Under the pieces are notes generated by a model, which was given only the letters and a program-made list of their open reading frames with translations, was not told the origin of the DNA and ran no database searches. A stretch of 55,106 bases of DNA from IMG/VR virus record IMGVR_UViG_3300025018_000105. One strand, given 5' to 3'. Source of the DNA: a virus. Positions within the stretch are counted from its first letter, which is position 1. Every line of letters starts with the position of its first letter. The position numbers were made by a program, and so were the translations under genes. Of the stretch, positions 9,907 to 20,026 are shown in pieces.

Positions 9907-10608
9907 ATGTTGAAAATTACCAAGACCTACGGCGAAGAAAAGCCCACTTACTTCGTCGTCGCCGAAGGAGGCAACGCGCCGACCAAGCGGCATTTCTCCC
10001 GGATCGCCGCCAGCAAGGAAGCCCAGCGCCTCACGCGTGAGAACCCCGGCCGCGTTTTCCACGTCGTCAAGCTCAAGGAAAGCTATACCGCCGAGGCCGC
10101 GATCAGCGGCCAGCGCGAGGGCATGGTGGGTGGCTCCAGCGAAGCGATGCCGATCGGCGAGATCATCAAGCGGCTTGGCATTAACATCATCGCCGGTGTG
10201 TTGGCCGAAGCGATCCGTGAAGGCTCCCGTGTTCAGAATGGAGAAGACGAAGACGAGGAACAGATTGCAGAGTTCGACGTGGACTCGCCCGATCTGACGC
10301 CCGAAGAGCGCGCCGACAACGAGCGGACGCTGGCCAAAGCGCGTGAGCGGATGGCAGCAATGACGATCGGCGGCGACGTGATCGTCATTGCTGCCGTGTC
10401 GGTCCTGCCCGGACTGCTGCCGCACAATCTGGTGCGTGCCACCTATCTGGGCATGTCCTCCGATCCGGACTACGCCATGGTGCGCTTCAACGTCAAGGAT
10501 GACGATGGCAGCGTCAGCACCAAGGACGATCGCGTCAACATCTCGCGCCTGTTCGAAGAGAACGACGCCGAAATGCGCGACATGCTCGGTCTCTCGGCCG
10601 ACGCATGA
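9907..10608 (+). CDS. hypothetical protein
   Basis: Own promoter (TTGCCA at 9845), AGGAGG RBS. Confidence 0.75.
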   Translation: MLKITKTYGEEKPTYFVVAEGGNAPTKRHFSRIAASKEAQRLTRENPGRVFHVVKLKESYTAEAAISGQREGMVGGSSEAMPIGEIIKRLGINIIAGVLAEAIREGSRVQNGEDEDEEQIAEFDVDSPDLTPEERADNERTLAKARERMAAMTIGGDVIVIAAVSVLPGLLPHNLVRATYLGMSSDPDYAMVRFNVKDDDGSVSTKDDRVNISRLFEENDAEMRDMLGLSADA

Positions 10609-10964
10609 GCGAGCTTCAAGGAATCCTCTTTCTCCCGCCTGTAATGGTGCGGGAGATTGAACTAGCCTTCAAGGAAGGTGGGCTGGGTGATCAAAGTTTT
10701 GTCACTATTGGTGATGATGGTCGTCCCATTTTCGCCATCGATATGACGAACCACGTGGTTGCGCCGTCCGATGATATTCGCGACATGATCATTCATTCCG
10801 GCGCGCTTGCTGATATGCAAGTCGCGCTGGGTGAGGACGCATTCATCGCGGGCTGGAAAGCGGCTTGTGCGTTCCACAAGATCGAATACGACGCAGGTCC
10901 CGCCTACAATGTGGGCTGGGCTTCGTTCGTGCCTTCCGAGGATGTCATCAACTTCGAATTTTAA
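10605..10964 (+). CDS. hypothetical protein
   Basis: ATGA overlap. Confidence 0.65.
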   Translation: MSELQGILFLPPVMVREIELAFKEGGLGDQSFVTIGDDGRPIFAIDMTNHVVAPSDDIRDMIIHSGALADMQVALGEDAFIAGWKAACAFHKIEYDAGPAYNVGWASFVPSEDVINFEF

Positions 10965-10972
10965 GGACCACC

Positions 10973-11314
10973 ATGATCAAGAAAACTGAACGTGTCGATG
11001 AGGTGCCTGACATTCACATTAAACTGGGCGACATGGCCAAGGACATGATGAGCGGGCTTGAGGGACGGGTTACGATCATCAACGTCCCGTTGCACGGCGC
11101 GGTCCGCGTCTCCATCGACCCCTTGTGGGACAAGAAGGAGAAAAAGAACCCTGAGGCGTTCTTCGTCGATGCGCCTTTCGGCGAGGTCACCGAAGCGTGG
11201 GACAACCGCCCCAAAGCGGAGACCAAGCCCTCCACTGAGCAGAAGAAGAAGAAGAAGGAAAAGCCGGGCGCATGTCGGATGCCTTCTGAACGTAATCGGA
11301 CGATCCTGCGGTGA
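10973..11314 (+). CDS. hypothetical protein
   Basis: AAGGA RBS. Confidence 0.65.
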   Translation: MIKKTERVDEVPDIHIKLGDMAKDMMSGLEGRVTIINVPLHGAVRVSIDPLWDKKEKKNPEAFFVDAPFGEVTEAWDNRPKAETKPSTEQKKKKKEKPGACRMPSERNRTILR

Positions 11315-11628
11315 TCGTCACTGATGCCACATTCGATCAGGATGTTCTGCAAGCAACGAAGCCGGTGTTGGTTTTCTTCACCGCTTCGTTCTGCGGCCCG
11401 TCCGTGATGATGGAGGACTTGCTGAGTATTGACGATCCTGTCCTCGATCGCGTTCAGATCGTGAAGGTTGACATCGAGAAAATGCCCCAGACCGGCCAGA
11501 AGATGCAGGTCAAGGGCACACCACAACTCATGCTCATCAGCGATGGTAACGTGATTGCTAATCAGCTTGGGACCATGGATGAAGATAGCTTCTTTGCATG
11601 GCTCGAACGAGGCTTGAGAAAAATTTAG
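11311..11628 (+). CDS. thioredoxin-like protein (CGPS active site)
   Basis: TDATFDQDVLQATKPVLVFFTASFCGPS, cis-Pro motif GTPQ. Confidence 0.85.
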   Translation: MIVTDATFDQDVLQATKPVLVFFTASFCGPSVMMEDLLSIDDPVLDRVQIVKVDIEKMPQTGQKMQVKGTPQLMLISDGNVIANQLGTMDEDSFFAWLERGLRKI

Positions 11629-11691
11629 ATTGACTGACCGGATTATTTGTCCTATTAAATCTTTGCAACAACGTAAGGAGACAAACGAATC

Positions 11692-11985
11692 ATGTATGCG
11701 GTCAACAAGAATCGAATGCGAAGGCCTCTCAACCCGAGGGAACTGAGCGGCTTCGGCCCTGCACTCGCCTTCATGGAGGAAGCTGTCTGGAACTGCTACG
11801 CAAACGAGATCAGCGAACTTCAAGCTGACTTTGAGGAATTGCAGGCAGACGCCGGACCGGGCGGTCCGGATTGTCCTGTCACGCAGGAAATTCTCGACGG
11901 CATCAACGAAGAGATCGAAGCGCTCGCCCAGAGCGCCTACGATCGTGTGCAGGACTGGTCGGACGGATTAAGGGAGGTATTATGA
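11692..11985 (+). CDS. hypothetical acidic protein
   Basis: Promoter at 11630, AAGGAG RBS. Confidence 0.7.
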   Translation: MYAVNKNRMRRPLNPRELSGFGPALAFMEEAVWNCYANEISELQADFEELQADAGPGGPDCPVTQEILDGINEEIEALAQSAYDRVQDWSDGLREVL

Positions 11986-12341
11986 ATAGCGCACAAGCAG
12001 GACTTATCGGCAAACTCTTCGCTGGTGTGGTCGTATGGCTGATTGCCTTCGTGACCGGTTTTCTGAAAACGGCCTATCAAGCTTACGTGCTCGGTCAGAT
12101 GTGGGAGTGGTTCATCGTGCCAGCCGGACTTGGGCTGGAAACGCTCGCGTTTAGCGTCCGCGTGGGTGTGGTCTTGATTTTCAACCTCCTGCTGGTAAGT
12201 ATTGGCGCTCTGATCTCGATCAATTCCAGCAAAGAAAGCACCAATGCGATCGGCGTTGTCTTTACTGTTCAGATCATCGTAGTCATCGTCGTCACGATGG
12301 CGTGGATTGGTGCGGCTATCTGGGCGTGGCTTCTGTTTTGA
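11982..12341 (+). CDS. 3-TM membrane protein
   Basis: Hydrophobic helices, GGAGG RBS. Confidence 0.7.
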   Translation: MNSAQAGLIGKLFAGVVVWLIAFVTGFLKTAYQAYVLGQMWEWFIVPAGLGLETLAFSVRVGVVLIFNLLLVSIGALISINSSKESTNAIGVVFTVQIIVVIVVTMAWIGAAIWAWLLF

Positions 12342-13327
12342 TGATCTATAAACCAGCCAAGCAGATCGTTCGCATCCGGCACGGATCACACCTCTACGGC
12401 ACCAACACACCGTCCTCGGACCTCGATTACAAGGGAGTTTTTCTCCCTTCCGGCCGGGACATCGTGCTCGGCCGGGTGCCCAAGGTGATTGATCGTGGCA
12501 CCGGAGACGACACGCGAAAGAACACTGTGGACGACATCGACGATCAGTCCTATCCCTTGCAAAAGTTCTTCGATATGCTGGTCAAGGGTGACACCACCGC
12601 GACCGAAATCCTGTTCGCATCCGACGACGCGATCGAACTCATCACGCCCGAGTGGGAATACGTCCGCGAACAAGCGCCCGGATTCATCAACCGCGAGTGT
12701 AAAGGCTTCGTGGGCTACTGTCGGCAGCAAGCCAACAAGTATGGCATCAAAGGCTCCCGCATGGCGGCCTGTAAGGGCATTGTCGATCTGCTGGCCAAAG
12801 GGATGGAAGAGCTTGGAGGTAAGACCAAGCTGGGCGAACTTGACCCGGTTCTGGACGCCTTTTGTGGGATGCACGAGTTCTCCGAACTTGTGCCGATCAT
12901 GTCGCACGGTCAACCGATCATGCATCTTAGTGTGGTCAACCGTAGGTGTGGTTACACGACGACGATCAAGGATGCCCACGCAGTCTATGCCCGCATCTAC
13001 GAGAACTATGGCGAGCGCGCCCGTATGGCGATGACCAACGAAGGCGTGGACTGGAAGGCGATGAGCCACGCCATTCGTGTTTCTCGACAAGCGTTGGAGC
13101 TTTTGGCTACTGGCCGCATCACGTTTCCTCGCCCTGACGCCGAAGAGCTTCTGGCCATCAAGCTGGGTAAGTTCCCATTTTCGGAAGTTGGTCGCACGCT
13201 CGAAGAATTGGTCGAGAAGGTCGAAGCGGCTGCCGAAATATCCACGCTGCCAGAGGAGTCCGATCAAGACGCCATTGATCGGCTCGTTATCTACCTGTAT
13301 GATAGTCAATTGAGACACACTTCATGA
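12341..13327 (+). CDS. Pol-beta superfamily nucleotidyltransferase
   Basis: HGSHLYGTNTPSSDLDYKG motif; DWKAMSHAIR. Confidence 0.85.
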   Translation: MIYKPAKQIVRIRHGSHLYGTNTPSSDLDYKGVFLPSGRDIVLGRVPKVIDRGTGDDTRKNTVDDIDDQSYPLQKFFDMLVKGDTTATEILFASDDAIELITPEWEYVREQAPGFINRECKGFVGYCRQQANKYGIKGSRMAACKGIVDLLAKGMEELGGKTKLGELDPVLDAFCGMHEFSELVPIMSHGQPIMHLSVVNRRCGYTTTIKDAHAVYARIYENYGERARMAMTNEGVDWKAMSHAIRVSRQALELLATGRITFPRPDAEELLAIKLGKFPFSEVGRTLEELVEKVEAAAEISTLPEESDQDAIDRLVIYLYDSQLRHTS

Positions 13328-13809
13328 CCGCACTCTTGATCAAGCCTCCGCACCGCATTAGCGACGACGGAACAATGAATGTCCATACGGTCTTTTTGGC
13401 CGGGACCATCGACAACGGTGCGAGCCGAGACTGGCAACAGGAAGCCTACAACATCCTGAACAAGCTGGAAAAGCCGGTTCATGTATACAACCCGCGCCGG
13501 GACGATTGGGACCCGTCGTTGGAGCCGAGCGCGAGCAATAAGGTTTTCCGCGAGCAAGTCGAGTGGGAGCTTGACTACCTTGAAGAGGTGGACACGATCT
13601 TCATGCACTTCGAACCGGGCTCCAAATCTCCAATCACGTTGCTGGAACTCGGCATGTGGTTGGAGCGCGATCCTTACAAGCTGATCGTCTCATGCCCCGA
13701 TGGCTTCTGGCGCAAAGGCAACGTAGACATTACGTGCAAACGCGCCGGGGTGCTGGTCTTCGACGATCTCGACATGGCCTATCTTCAACTGGTGTCGGCT
13801 CTAAAATAA
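13324..13809 (+). CDS. nucleoside 2-deoxyribosyltransferase-like protein
   Basis: VFLAGTID, YNPRR, QVEWE, SPITLLELG motifs. Confidence 0.85.
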   Translation: MTALLIKPPHRISDDGTMNVHTVFLAGTIDNGASRDWQQEAYNILNKLEKPVHVYNPRRDDWDPSLEPSASNKVFREQVEWELDYLEEVDTIFMHFEPGSKSPITLLELGMWLERDPYKLIVSCPDGFWRKGNVDITCKRAGVLVFDDLDMAYLQLVSALK

Positions 13810-14005
13810 TGCCCGTCTACCATGATAAGCCACCGTTTCTTGAATGCTACTGGACTGTCGGATCGGTTCGGACGACCGGGGTCAGTCTGTTAAGAAACCG
13901 AACTTTGGCGCATACGAAGTTCGTGGAAAATGAACTGTAACATTTGACACATAGGAAGAATTGTCCTATCCCCTCCTCATCGACAACGAATCAGAGGAGA
14001 CAGAC

Positions 14006-14383
14006 ATGACCGTTCGCAAGAACATCGATCTTTCGCAGATCGCCGAACACTACCGAAATTTCCGAGTCGCGATGGAAGACGCGCCTGATGGCCTGTTTGA
14101 GGCGACTCGGAAGATGTTCCGATCGCTGGACTTCGGCGTGACCGAACTGCTGAACGGTTTCGATGCTGCCGGCCTCGTCTACGACAAGTGCGATCAGATT
14201 TTCGAGATCGAGGTGCAGCTTTTCCAGATGCTTCGCGAAAACAATCCGATACTCCAGAATGAAATTGAGAATGCAATCGGTCTCGGCTACATTCTGAGCA
14301 CTGGTTCGGCTGACACCCGTCGCCGCGTGCTTGTTGGGCTGGAACGTGATCGTGATTTTCTCGCGGAGAGGGTGGTGGTATGA
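14006..14383 (+). CDS. hypothetical protein
   Basis: Promoter at 13944, GAGGAG RBS. Confidence 0.7.
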   Translation: MTVRKNIDLSQIAEHYRNFRVAMEDAPDGLFEATRKMFRSLDFGVTELLNGFDAAGLVYDKCDQIFEIEVQLFQMLRENNPILQNEIENAIGLGYILSTGSADTRRRVLVGLERDRDFLAERVVV

Positions 14384-14497
14384 AACTTATGGAAGCCATC
14401 ATGTTCGTCCGTCGCCCTCTTCGCGAGATCACCCCCTAGGCTTGCACAACAAGTCAACGCCGCTATTATCACTTACCCAACACAGGAGGAAACACAA

Positions 14498-14812
14498 ATG
14501 CCGTTTCGTTACAATGCCTTTGGTGAAGCCATCATCCAGCCGGGCACCAACTTGGCCGAGATCGATGACCTCATGATGGATGCCAAGGGCATCGCCATGG
14601 CCGAGCCAACCAACGCTGACCTGTTCACCAAATACGATCCCAACTTCAAGATCGGCGGCGAACTGTTCATCTTCGGCCAGAACATCGAAGCCGAGGAAGG
14701 TGAAGACGATCCTCTCGAAGCCACCATCCTGTTCGATAACTTCGGCACGCTTGAATCCGCTAAGGCGTGGCTCGAATCAATAGGCTGCAACACCGTCACG
14801 GAGGTGGAATAA
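14498..14812 (+). CDS. hypothetical acidic protein
   Basis: AGGAGG RBS. Confidence 0.75.
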   Translation: MPFRYNAFGEAIIQPGTNLAEIDDLMMDAKGIAMAEPTNADLFTKYDPNFKIGGELFIFGQNIEAEEGEDDPLEATILFDNFGTLESAKAWLESIGCNTVTEVE

Positions 14813-15132
14813 TGGCTTCACGCGCACTACGACCCGTGCCTGAGATCGCCGCACAACTCGCCGATCTGGTCAACGCCGTCTCGATCCTGCGAGATCAGAT
14901 CATCAACGCGGTTGCTCTCAGCGACGCCATCAGTGACGCCCGCTTGTTGGTAGGTAAGGTGGATGGCTTCGACCTTACACTGGACCTCAAGACGAATGCA
15001 GCGCCCGACAAGGCCATCTTTCTGCTGGAGATGCAGCCGATCGAAGGCGTCCTGTTCAAGGACATCAAGGCAGGTGCGGCCAAGGGCGCATCCCACCGCA
15101 AGGTCATCACGGCCAAGGTGGTGGCAGCATGA
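14812..15132 (+). CDS. hypothetical protein
   Basis: TAATG coupling, GGAGG RBS. Confidence 0.7.
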   Translation: MASRALRPVPEIAAQLADLVNAVSILRDQIINAVALSDAISDARLLVGKVDGFDLTLDLKTNAAPDKAIFLLEMQPIEGVLFKDIKAGAAKGASHRKVITAKVVAA

Positions 15133-15357
15133 GCAACACGTGGCATTCATGGTTCGCATGGTATCCGGTCTGGATCATCGACGGCGATGACGAATACCTC
15201 GTCTGGTGGGAGCACGTCGTGCGCCGCCGCATCTGGGTCGAGGATCGGTATATCTGGCAATACGACTTTCACCGGGGAGGCGCATTTTTTGATTGACACC
15301 GGACACTGTTCTGTGTAGTGAAAATTGCCATAAGCGCAATTTGCTCTGGAGAATACT

Positions 15358-15543
15358 GTGGACGCAACCGTCAAACAAACCGCCCTTCGCTTCCTCGCAA
15401 CCGAGCGCAAGGAACGCCAACTCAAAGTGCAGAGCATCCGCAAGCCGTTCGGCGACAACCTGACCAAGGCTCTCGAAGCCCAAGTCTCCGAACAAGAGCG
15501 GGAGATCGAAGCGATCGATGCACTGGTCGCACTGGTCCAATAA
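15358..15543 (+). CDS. small coiled-coil protein, monocistronic
   Basis: TTGACA promoter at about 15293, terminator downstream. Confidence 0.65.
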   Translation: MDATVKQTALRFLATERKERQLKVQSIRKPFGDNLTKALEAQVSEQEREIEAIDALVALVQ

Positions 15544-15571
15544 AGTTTGCAGCGAAGCTGCGAGTGCAACT

Positions 15572-15603
15572 GAGGCCGGGCCAGTCCCGGCCTCTTTTTT
15601 TTT
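15572..15603 (+). terminator. intrinsic terminator
   Basis: GAGGCCGGG/CCCGGCCTC stem plus T run. Confidence 0.9.
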
Positions 15604-15671
15604 GTTTCGTAGGGTAACTTGCGCTTGACATAGGCGCAAATTTTAGTATGCATAAGAGCCAAGGAGACACC

Positions 15672-16001
15672 ATGAAACTCTCGCCGTCTGAACTCCGTTA
15701 CCTGATCCAAGAAGCCCGTGCCCGCACCCCGGTCGGTGCTTTCTTCAAGCACCGAAAGTCGGGTGCTATCTACAAGGTCACCGGACACCTGATGTGGGAA
15801 GGAAACCAGACTGTATCGACGCGCTACCGCCCGATCGAAGGACCTCTTGCTGCTCAAACCAACGACGAACTCGTAGAGTTCGCCCGACCGACTTCCGAGT
15901 TTTTCGAGGTGGTCGAATACACCGAAAACAATCACCCCAAGATCGGCTCGCGCTTCGTGCGGGTCGTCTATGAACAAGGCTACATGGAGAAAGGCGTATG
16001 A
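15672..16001 (+). CDS. DUF1653-like protein
   Basis: FKHRKSGAIYKV...ARPTSEFFE...RF motifs. Confidence 0.65.
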   Translation: MKLSPSELRYLIQEARARTPVGAFFKHRKSGAIYKVTGHLMWEGNQTVSTRYRPIEGPLAAQTNDELVEFARPTSEFFEVVEYTENNHPKIGSRFVRVVYEQGYMEKGV

Positions 16002-16480
16002 GCTACAAAGCAATCGCCGAGAAGGTCGCCTCGCGCCTGTCGGGCTTCTGGACGACGAAGCGGACCAAGCGTGAAGCCCAGATGCTCATTCATCTTCTGG
16101 CGGATGAATACGACATCAAGGCAAAAGAAGCGGAATCACTGGCAGCCGAAGCCAGCTTCGCTCGCGCCCGAGTCCGTGAGATCGAGGTATCCTCGGCGAC
16201 GATTGCCAAACGGGCGCTCCACGCCTTGACCGAACTTGGAGTGAACAAAGGCCACTCACCAACACGAGCGGAGAAGGCGGCCGCTGTGATTATGTCGCCC
16301 TACCAGTATGAGCAAGCACTGGGTAACGGCTACGTCGGCTTTCGCGGCGAGAAGGTCAAGACACTGCAAGGCTACCCGATTTACATCGCCAGCGGCATGT
16401 TTGGTCCCGTCTTTGTGACACAAGCCGCTCTGGACGGCCTTTCTCGGCAAGCACCTGAGTTGAACCTGAGGGCTCCGTGA
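15998..16480 (+). CDS. hypothetical protein
   Basis: ATGA overlap. Confidence 0.7.
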   Translation: MSYKAIAEKVASRLSGFWTTKRTKREAQMLIHLLADEYDIKAKEAESLAAEASFARARVREIEVSSATIAKRALHALTELGVNKGHSPTRAEKAAAVIMSPYQYEQALGNGYVGFRGEKVKTLQGYPIYIASGMFGPVFVTQAALDGLSRQAPELNLRAP

Positions 16481-16597
16481 TATGATCTATCACCCCGCCT
16501 ATTTGGCAGGTGATACAGCCGGGCCTCCAACACCACCTGATTACACTTGGATGATCATCGCTTTCGTCGTTCTTATTATTATTATCGCGAGCACCCT

Positions 16598-17056
16598 ATG
16601 ACGATCCGAACCTACTCCATGATCGATGTGCTCCGTGTTGAGGAGAGCGAGAAGCGTCCGCGTGGACCGGGCTGTCGCGCTTGCGTCACAGGTGGTCGGG
16701 ATTTCGAGGACCTTGGATTTGTCTGGTCCTTGCTCGATTCCTATCGCTTCTTCCATGACATCACCGAGTTCGGTTTTGGCTGCGCCACCGGCGTCGATCG
16801 CCTTGCATGGAACTGGTGCAAGCTCTGGGACATGCCATGGAGACGCTACGTTGCGGACTGGGATGGGCTGGACAAAGCCGCTGGTATCAAGCGAAACGGG
16901 GCCATGCTGCGCGATTTCCAGCCGGACATCTTACTGGTCTTCCCCGGAGGCACAGGCACCACCAATTGTGCAAAGCAAGCTCGCGGCTTGGGTATCCAGC
17001 GCGAATTTCTTGAAGTTGATAACGATCCGCTCAGCGCGGCCGATAAGTGGGGATGA
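16598..17056 (+). CDS. SLOG family protein (DUF2493/YspA-like)
   Basis: VTGGRDF, GCATGVD, AAGIKRNGAM, FPGGTGT motifs. Confidence 0.85.
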   Translation: MTIRTYSMIDVLRVEESEKRPRGPGCRACVTGGRDFEDLGFVWSLLDSYRFFHDITEFGFGCATGVDRLAWNWCKLWDMPWRRYVADWDGLDKAAGIKRNGAMLRDFQPDILLVFPGGTGTTNCAKQARGLGIQREFLEVDNDPLSAADKWG

Positions 17057-17057
17057 C

Positions 17058-18338
17058 ATGCTGACCGAAGCCTCTGCTCAAGGTATCCCAGCCGTTGCCA
17101 ATCTCTCCACGTTGTTTACGTGGGATGGCGCGTGGGCTTTCTTCGAAGATCAAGTTCTGAACAACCGTCTCAGCCAAGCCGCTGTGGTGGCCGGTATCCT
17201 TGCCGCCATCATCACGTGGGGACAGGAAATTCCCAAGAAGTTGTGGCGGATGATGACCCGCGTCACCACGACCACAGTCCGCTTCAACTCCGACTCGGCC
17301 GACTATGAAGCGGTCAGTCGGTTCATCACGCACAATGTGGTGTGGGATCGGTTCAGCCGGAACTTCAACTTCCAGACCGAGATCGGGTTCGACCATGAGG
17401 AATGGCGTGAGTATGCCAAGCATCGCGGCCTGACGGCAGGCTACGGCACACACATCGGCTTCTTCAAGCACTGGCCGATGCTGCTCGAACGCAGCCTTGA
17501 GGAGTCGCAACAAACCAAGGAGTTTAAGGAACACCTGACCGTGACCATCCTTGGCCGATCGCGCTCGCGTCTGGAGAAGTTTTCTCAGGCGGTCAGCGAA
17601 GCGGCGGGCGTGGCGGAAGCATCCTTCGACAAGGTGCCGGTGTTCATCAATGATGGCAAAAGCTGGAGCCGCATGGGCCGTCTGCCGCTCCGCCGGATGG
17701 ATAGCGTGATCACTCGCGACTATACAGGCGAGAAGGTGGTCGAAGCCATCAAGCACTTCGAAAACAAGAAGGAAGACCACCACCGGCTAGGCCTCCCGCA
17801 CCACCTTGGCATCATGTTACACGGCGAACCGGGCTGCGGTAAGTCGAGCATGGTTCACGCTGTCGCGGCCGAGACCGAGCGATCGATCTTCTACCTCAAC
17901 CTCGGATCGGTGGGCAACGACAAGGAACTGACCGCCCTACTTTCAGGCACGCGGGACTGGTCCAAAATCATTCTCGCGATCGAGGACATCGACGCGGCGG
18001 GCGTTAAGGTTAACCGTGAGGACGCCGAAAAGAAGAAGGACGGTAACGAAGAGAGTGGACCCCTCTCACTGTCGGCTCTCCTGAACGTCCTTGACGGTAT
18101 CTTGTGTCCTGACGGTCTTGTCGTGGTGGCAACCACCAACCACCACGAGAAGCTTGACCCGGCCCTCAAGCGCGAAGGACGCTTTGACAAGACTTTCGAG
18201 TTGGGCCGCCTGCGACACCAAGAGTTCCTTCGCATGGCCAACCTGTTTGAACTTGATCCAACCGACTTTGAAGTCACCAACGACATAGAGATGACGGGCT
18301 CAGCTATGCGTGCAATGTTCATGGAGAAGATTGTATGA
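17058..18338 (+). CDS. BCS1-like membrane-anchored AAA+ ATPase
   Basis: N-terminal TM, GEPGCGKSS, IEDID, LSALLNVLDG, TTNH, LDPALKREGRFD. Confidence 0.85.
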   Translation: MLTEASAQGIPAVANLSTLFTWDGAWAFFEDQVLNNRLSQAAVVAGILAAIITWGQEIPKKLWRMMTRVTTTTVRFNSDSADYEAVSRFITHNVVWDRFSRNFNFQTEIGFDHEEWREYAKHRGLTAGYGTHIGFFKHWPMLLERSLEESQQTKEFKEHLTVTILGRSRSRLEKFSQAVSEAAGVAEASFDKVPVFINDGKSWSRMGRLPLRRMDSVITRDYTGEKVVEAIKHFENKKEDHHRLGLPHHLGIMLHGEPGCGKSSMVHAVAAETERSIFYLNLGSVGNDKELTALLSGTRDWSKIILAIEDIDAAGVKVNREDAEKKKDGNEESGPLSLSALLNVLDGILCPDGLVVVATTNHHEKLDPALKREGRFDKTFELGRLRHQEFLRMANLFELDPTDFEVTNDIEMTGSAMRAMFMEKIV

Positions 18339-18592
18339 TCTACGAGACGGTCTTTATCGCTCCCAATTCGGACATCGCGTCGTCGTTGAACCATACCTAC
18401 GACCGTGAACTGTCTCCTCCCCGGACAGTGGCTTTTTCGGTGTGGTCCATCTGGCATGGCCGCGCTAAGAGGATTTACGTGCTGCCAATCCCCAAGGAGT
18501 TCGACGAGGATATGCGGCACAACTTCGAGACCTCGATCCGCGAGTGCTCGCAATGTCGCTTGGTTTCGGGAGGAGAGTTAATCAGGTTATGA
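18335..18592 (+). CDS. hypothetical protein
   Basis: ATGA overlap. Confidence 0.6.
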   Translation: MIYETVFIAPNSDIASSLNHTYDRELSPPRTVAFSVWSIWHGRAKRIYVLPIPKEFDEDMRHNFETSIRECSQCRLVSGGELIRL

Positions 18593-18885
18593 CCAATACC
18601 AGCACAATTACCATCGGACCTAAGGGCGGTGTCCTTCACGTCAATCGGCAATTCATCGCCATGAATGCCAAGGATGGAGGCAACCGCCCGGTCTTCACGC
18701 TCAAGCCGAACGGACCAAGCTCTGCGGCTGTCTATGCCCGCGACGCTGAATGGACCGGAACCAGCCGGGCTGTGGGCACCCATGGTCAACTCAGTTGCGG
18801 GGCCCGTGTATGGATCGAGATCGAGCCGGGCACTACGGTCACCCTGTATGATGAGATGAAGTTCAAGGCAGCAAAGGCAGCGTGA
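18589..18885 (+). CDS. conserved phage hypothetical protein
   Basis: LHVNRQ...LSCGARVWIE motif. Confidence 0.75.
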   Translation: MTNTSTITIGPKGGVLHVNRQFIAMNAKDGGNRPVFTLKPNGPSSAAVYARDAEWTGTSRAVGTHGQLSCGARVWIEIEPGTTVTLYDEMKFKAAKAA

Positions 18886-19156
18886 GTAAGAAGGAATGCC
18901 GTATCGGCATCGTGGTAGGCACGCCTCAACACGCTCACGATCTCCAGAGGCAGCTTGACCCAAAGCGACGTGAGTTCTGCGTGCTCCACCCAAGATGGAG
19001 TGGCGCGGCCTACAGTTCGAGTTCCTGTTGGTGACCGACAGCTACTACCACGAGGCCTATTATACCGGGAGCGCACACGGTAGGGACATGGGCCGCTGGC
19101 TCGATCATATCACGACGATGTGTAAACACAAAGGTGGTCGGGTGGTCCGTTTGTGA
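18882..19156 (+). pseudogene. small gene with apparent 1-bp frameshift near 18990
   Basis: MSKKECRIGIVVG...VLHP continues in another frame as MEWRGLQFEFLLVTD. Confidence 0.45.
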
Positions 19157-19240
19157 GACAAGCTGAATTTGACATTACACAGCAAGAATGGCATACCTGA
19201 GTCGTGGCTCAATGATGGGCCACAACAAAAGGAGAATGAC

Positions 19241-19489
19241 ATGACCCAATCAGCAACGATGGAAAAGTCCGGCTTTGGTAAGATCGAGGAAGGACAGGCG
19301 ACCGCATTCCTCCGCGAATCCGCCATCCTCAATCGTGGCCAGTCGCAGGCGCTTCCGGATGACCAAATCAACGCGATCCGCATGGGCAAGCAGGACCAGT
19401 CGCTCGGCTCCTCTGATTTCGTGTTCGGGCTGATCCACGCCGATCAGGTCTGGGATCAGGTCAACACCGTCGGCCGTCAGTCCACCTGA
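19241..19489 (+). CDS. small monocistronic protein
   Basis: TTGACA at 19169, AAGGAG RBS, terminator at about 19518-19550. Confidence 0.75.
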   Translation: MTQSATMEKSGFGKIEEGQATAFLRESAILNRGQSQALPDDQINAIRMGKQDQSLGSSDFVFGLIHADQVWDQVNTVGRQST

Positions 19490-19631
19490 TCACACCTCCG
19501 TAACGGTGCTAACGATGAGGCCTCGGCTCCGAAAGGGCTGGGGCCTTTTTGTATCTGCGCTTGACATGCCGGATAAATTGTCCTATCACCAACTCAATGA
19601 CAACGAATCAGTGAGAAGAAGGAGACAAACA

Positions 19632-19862
19632 ATGAGCCTGAATGCATTCATCACCAACACCCCAATCGGCCGCGAATATGGCTGGGACCGGCTGGCGGAA
19701 GTCGATCTGGAATTGCTCCAGAACAACCGCGCCGCCAAGATGAGCGTGATCGAGCGCCCCGGTAATTTTCCCAATGCCGACACCGACGCCTGCAAGCGGC
19801 AGGTTCGCGACATCGATGCGTTCATGAGCGAGTATGGTGAGCTTCTGGTGGAGTTCGCCTGA
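19632..19862 (+). CDS. hypothetical protein
   Basis: Promoter at 19561, AAGGAG RBS. Confidence 0.75.
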   Translation: MSLNAFITNTPIGREYGWDRLAEVDLELLQNNRAAKMSVIERPGNFPNADTDACKRQVRDIDAFMSEYGELLVEFA

Positions 19863-20026
19863 TGGAATTACGCCCCGGTATCAAGATCACTCTCATCCGC
19901 AATAGCGGCATGACGTGGGTGGCGTGGGTCGATAATGGCCGCAAATATCCTGAGCATATCGTAGGTAACTTCGGCACCGCCAATGAGGCGGTCGATGCCT
20001 TGCTGGAGAGAGTTGGAGAAGCATGA
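19862..20026 (+). CDS. small hypothetical protein
   Basis: TGATG coupling, GGAG RBS. Confidence 0.55.
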   Translation: MELRPGIKITLIRNSGMTWVAWVDNGRKYPEHIVGNFGTANEAVDALLERVGEA

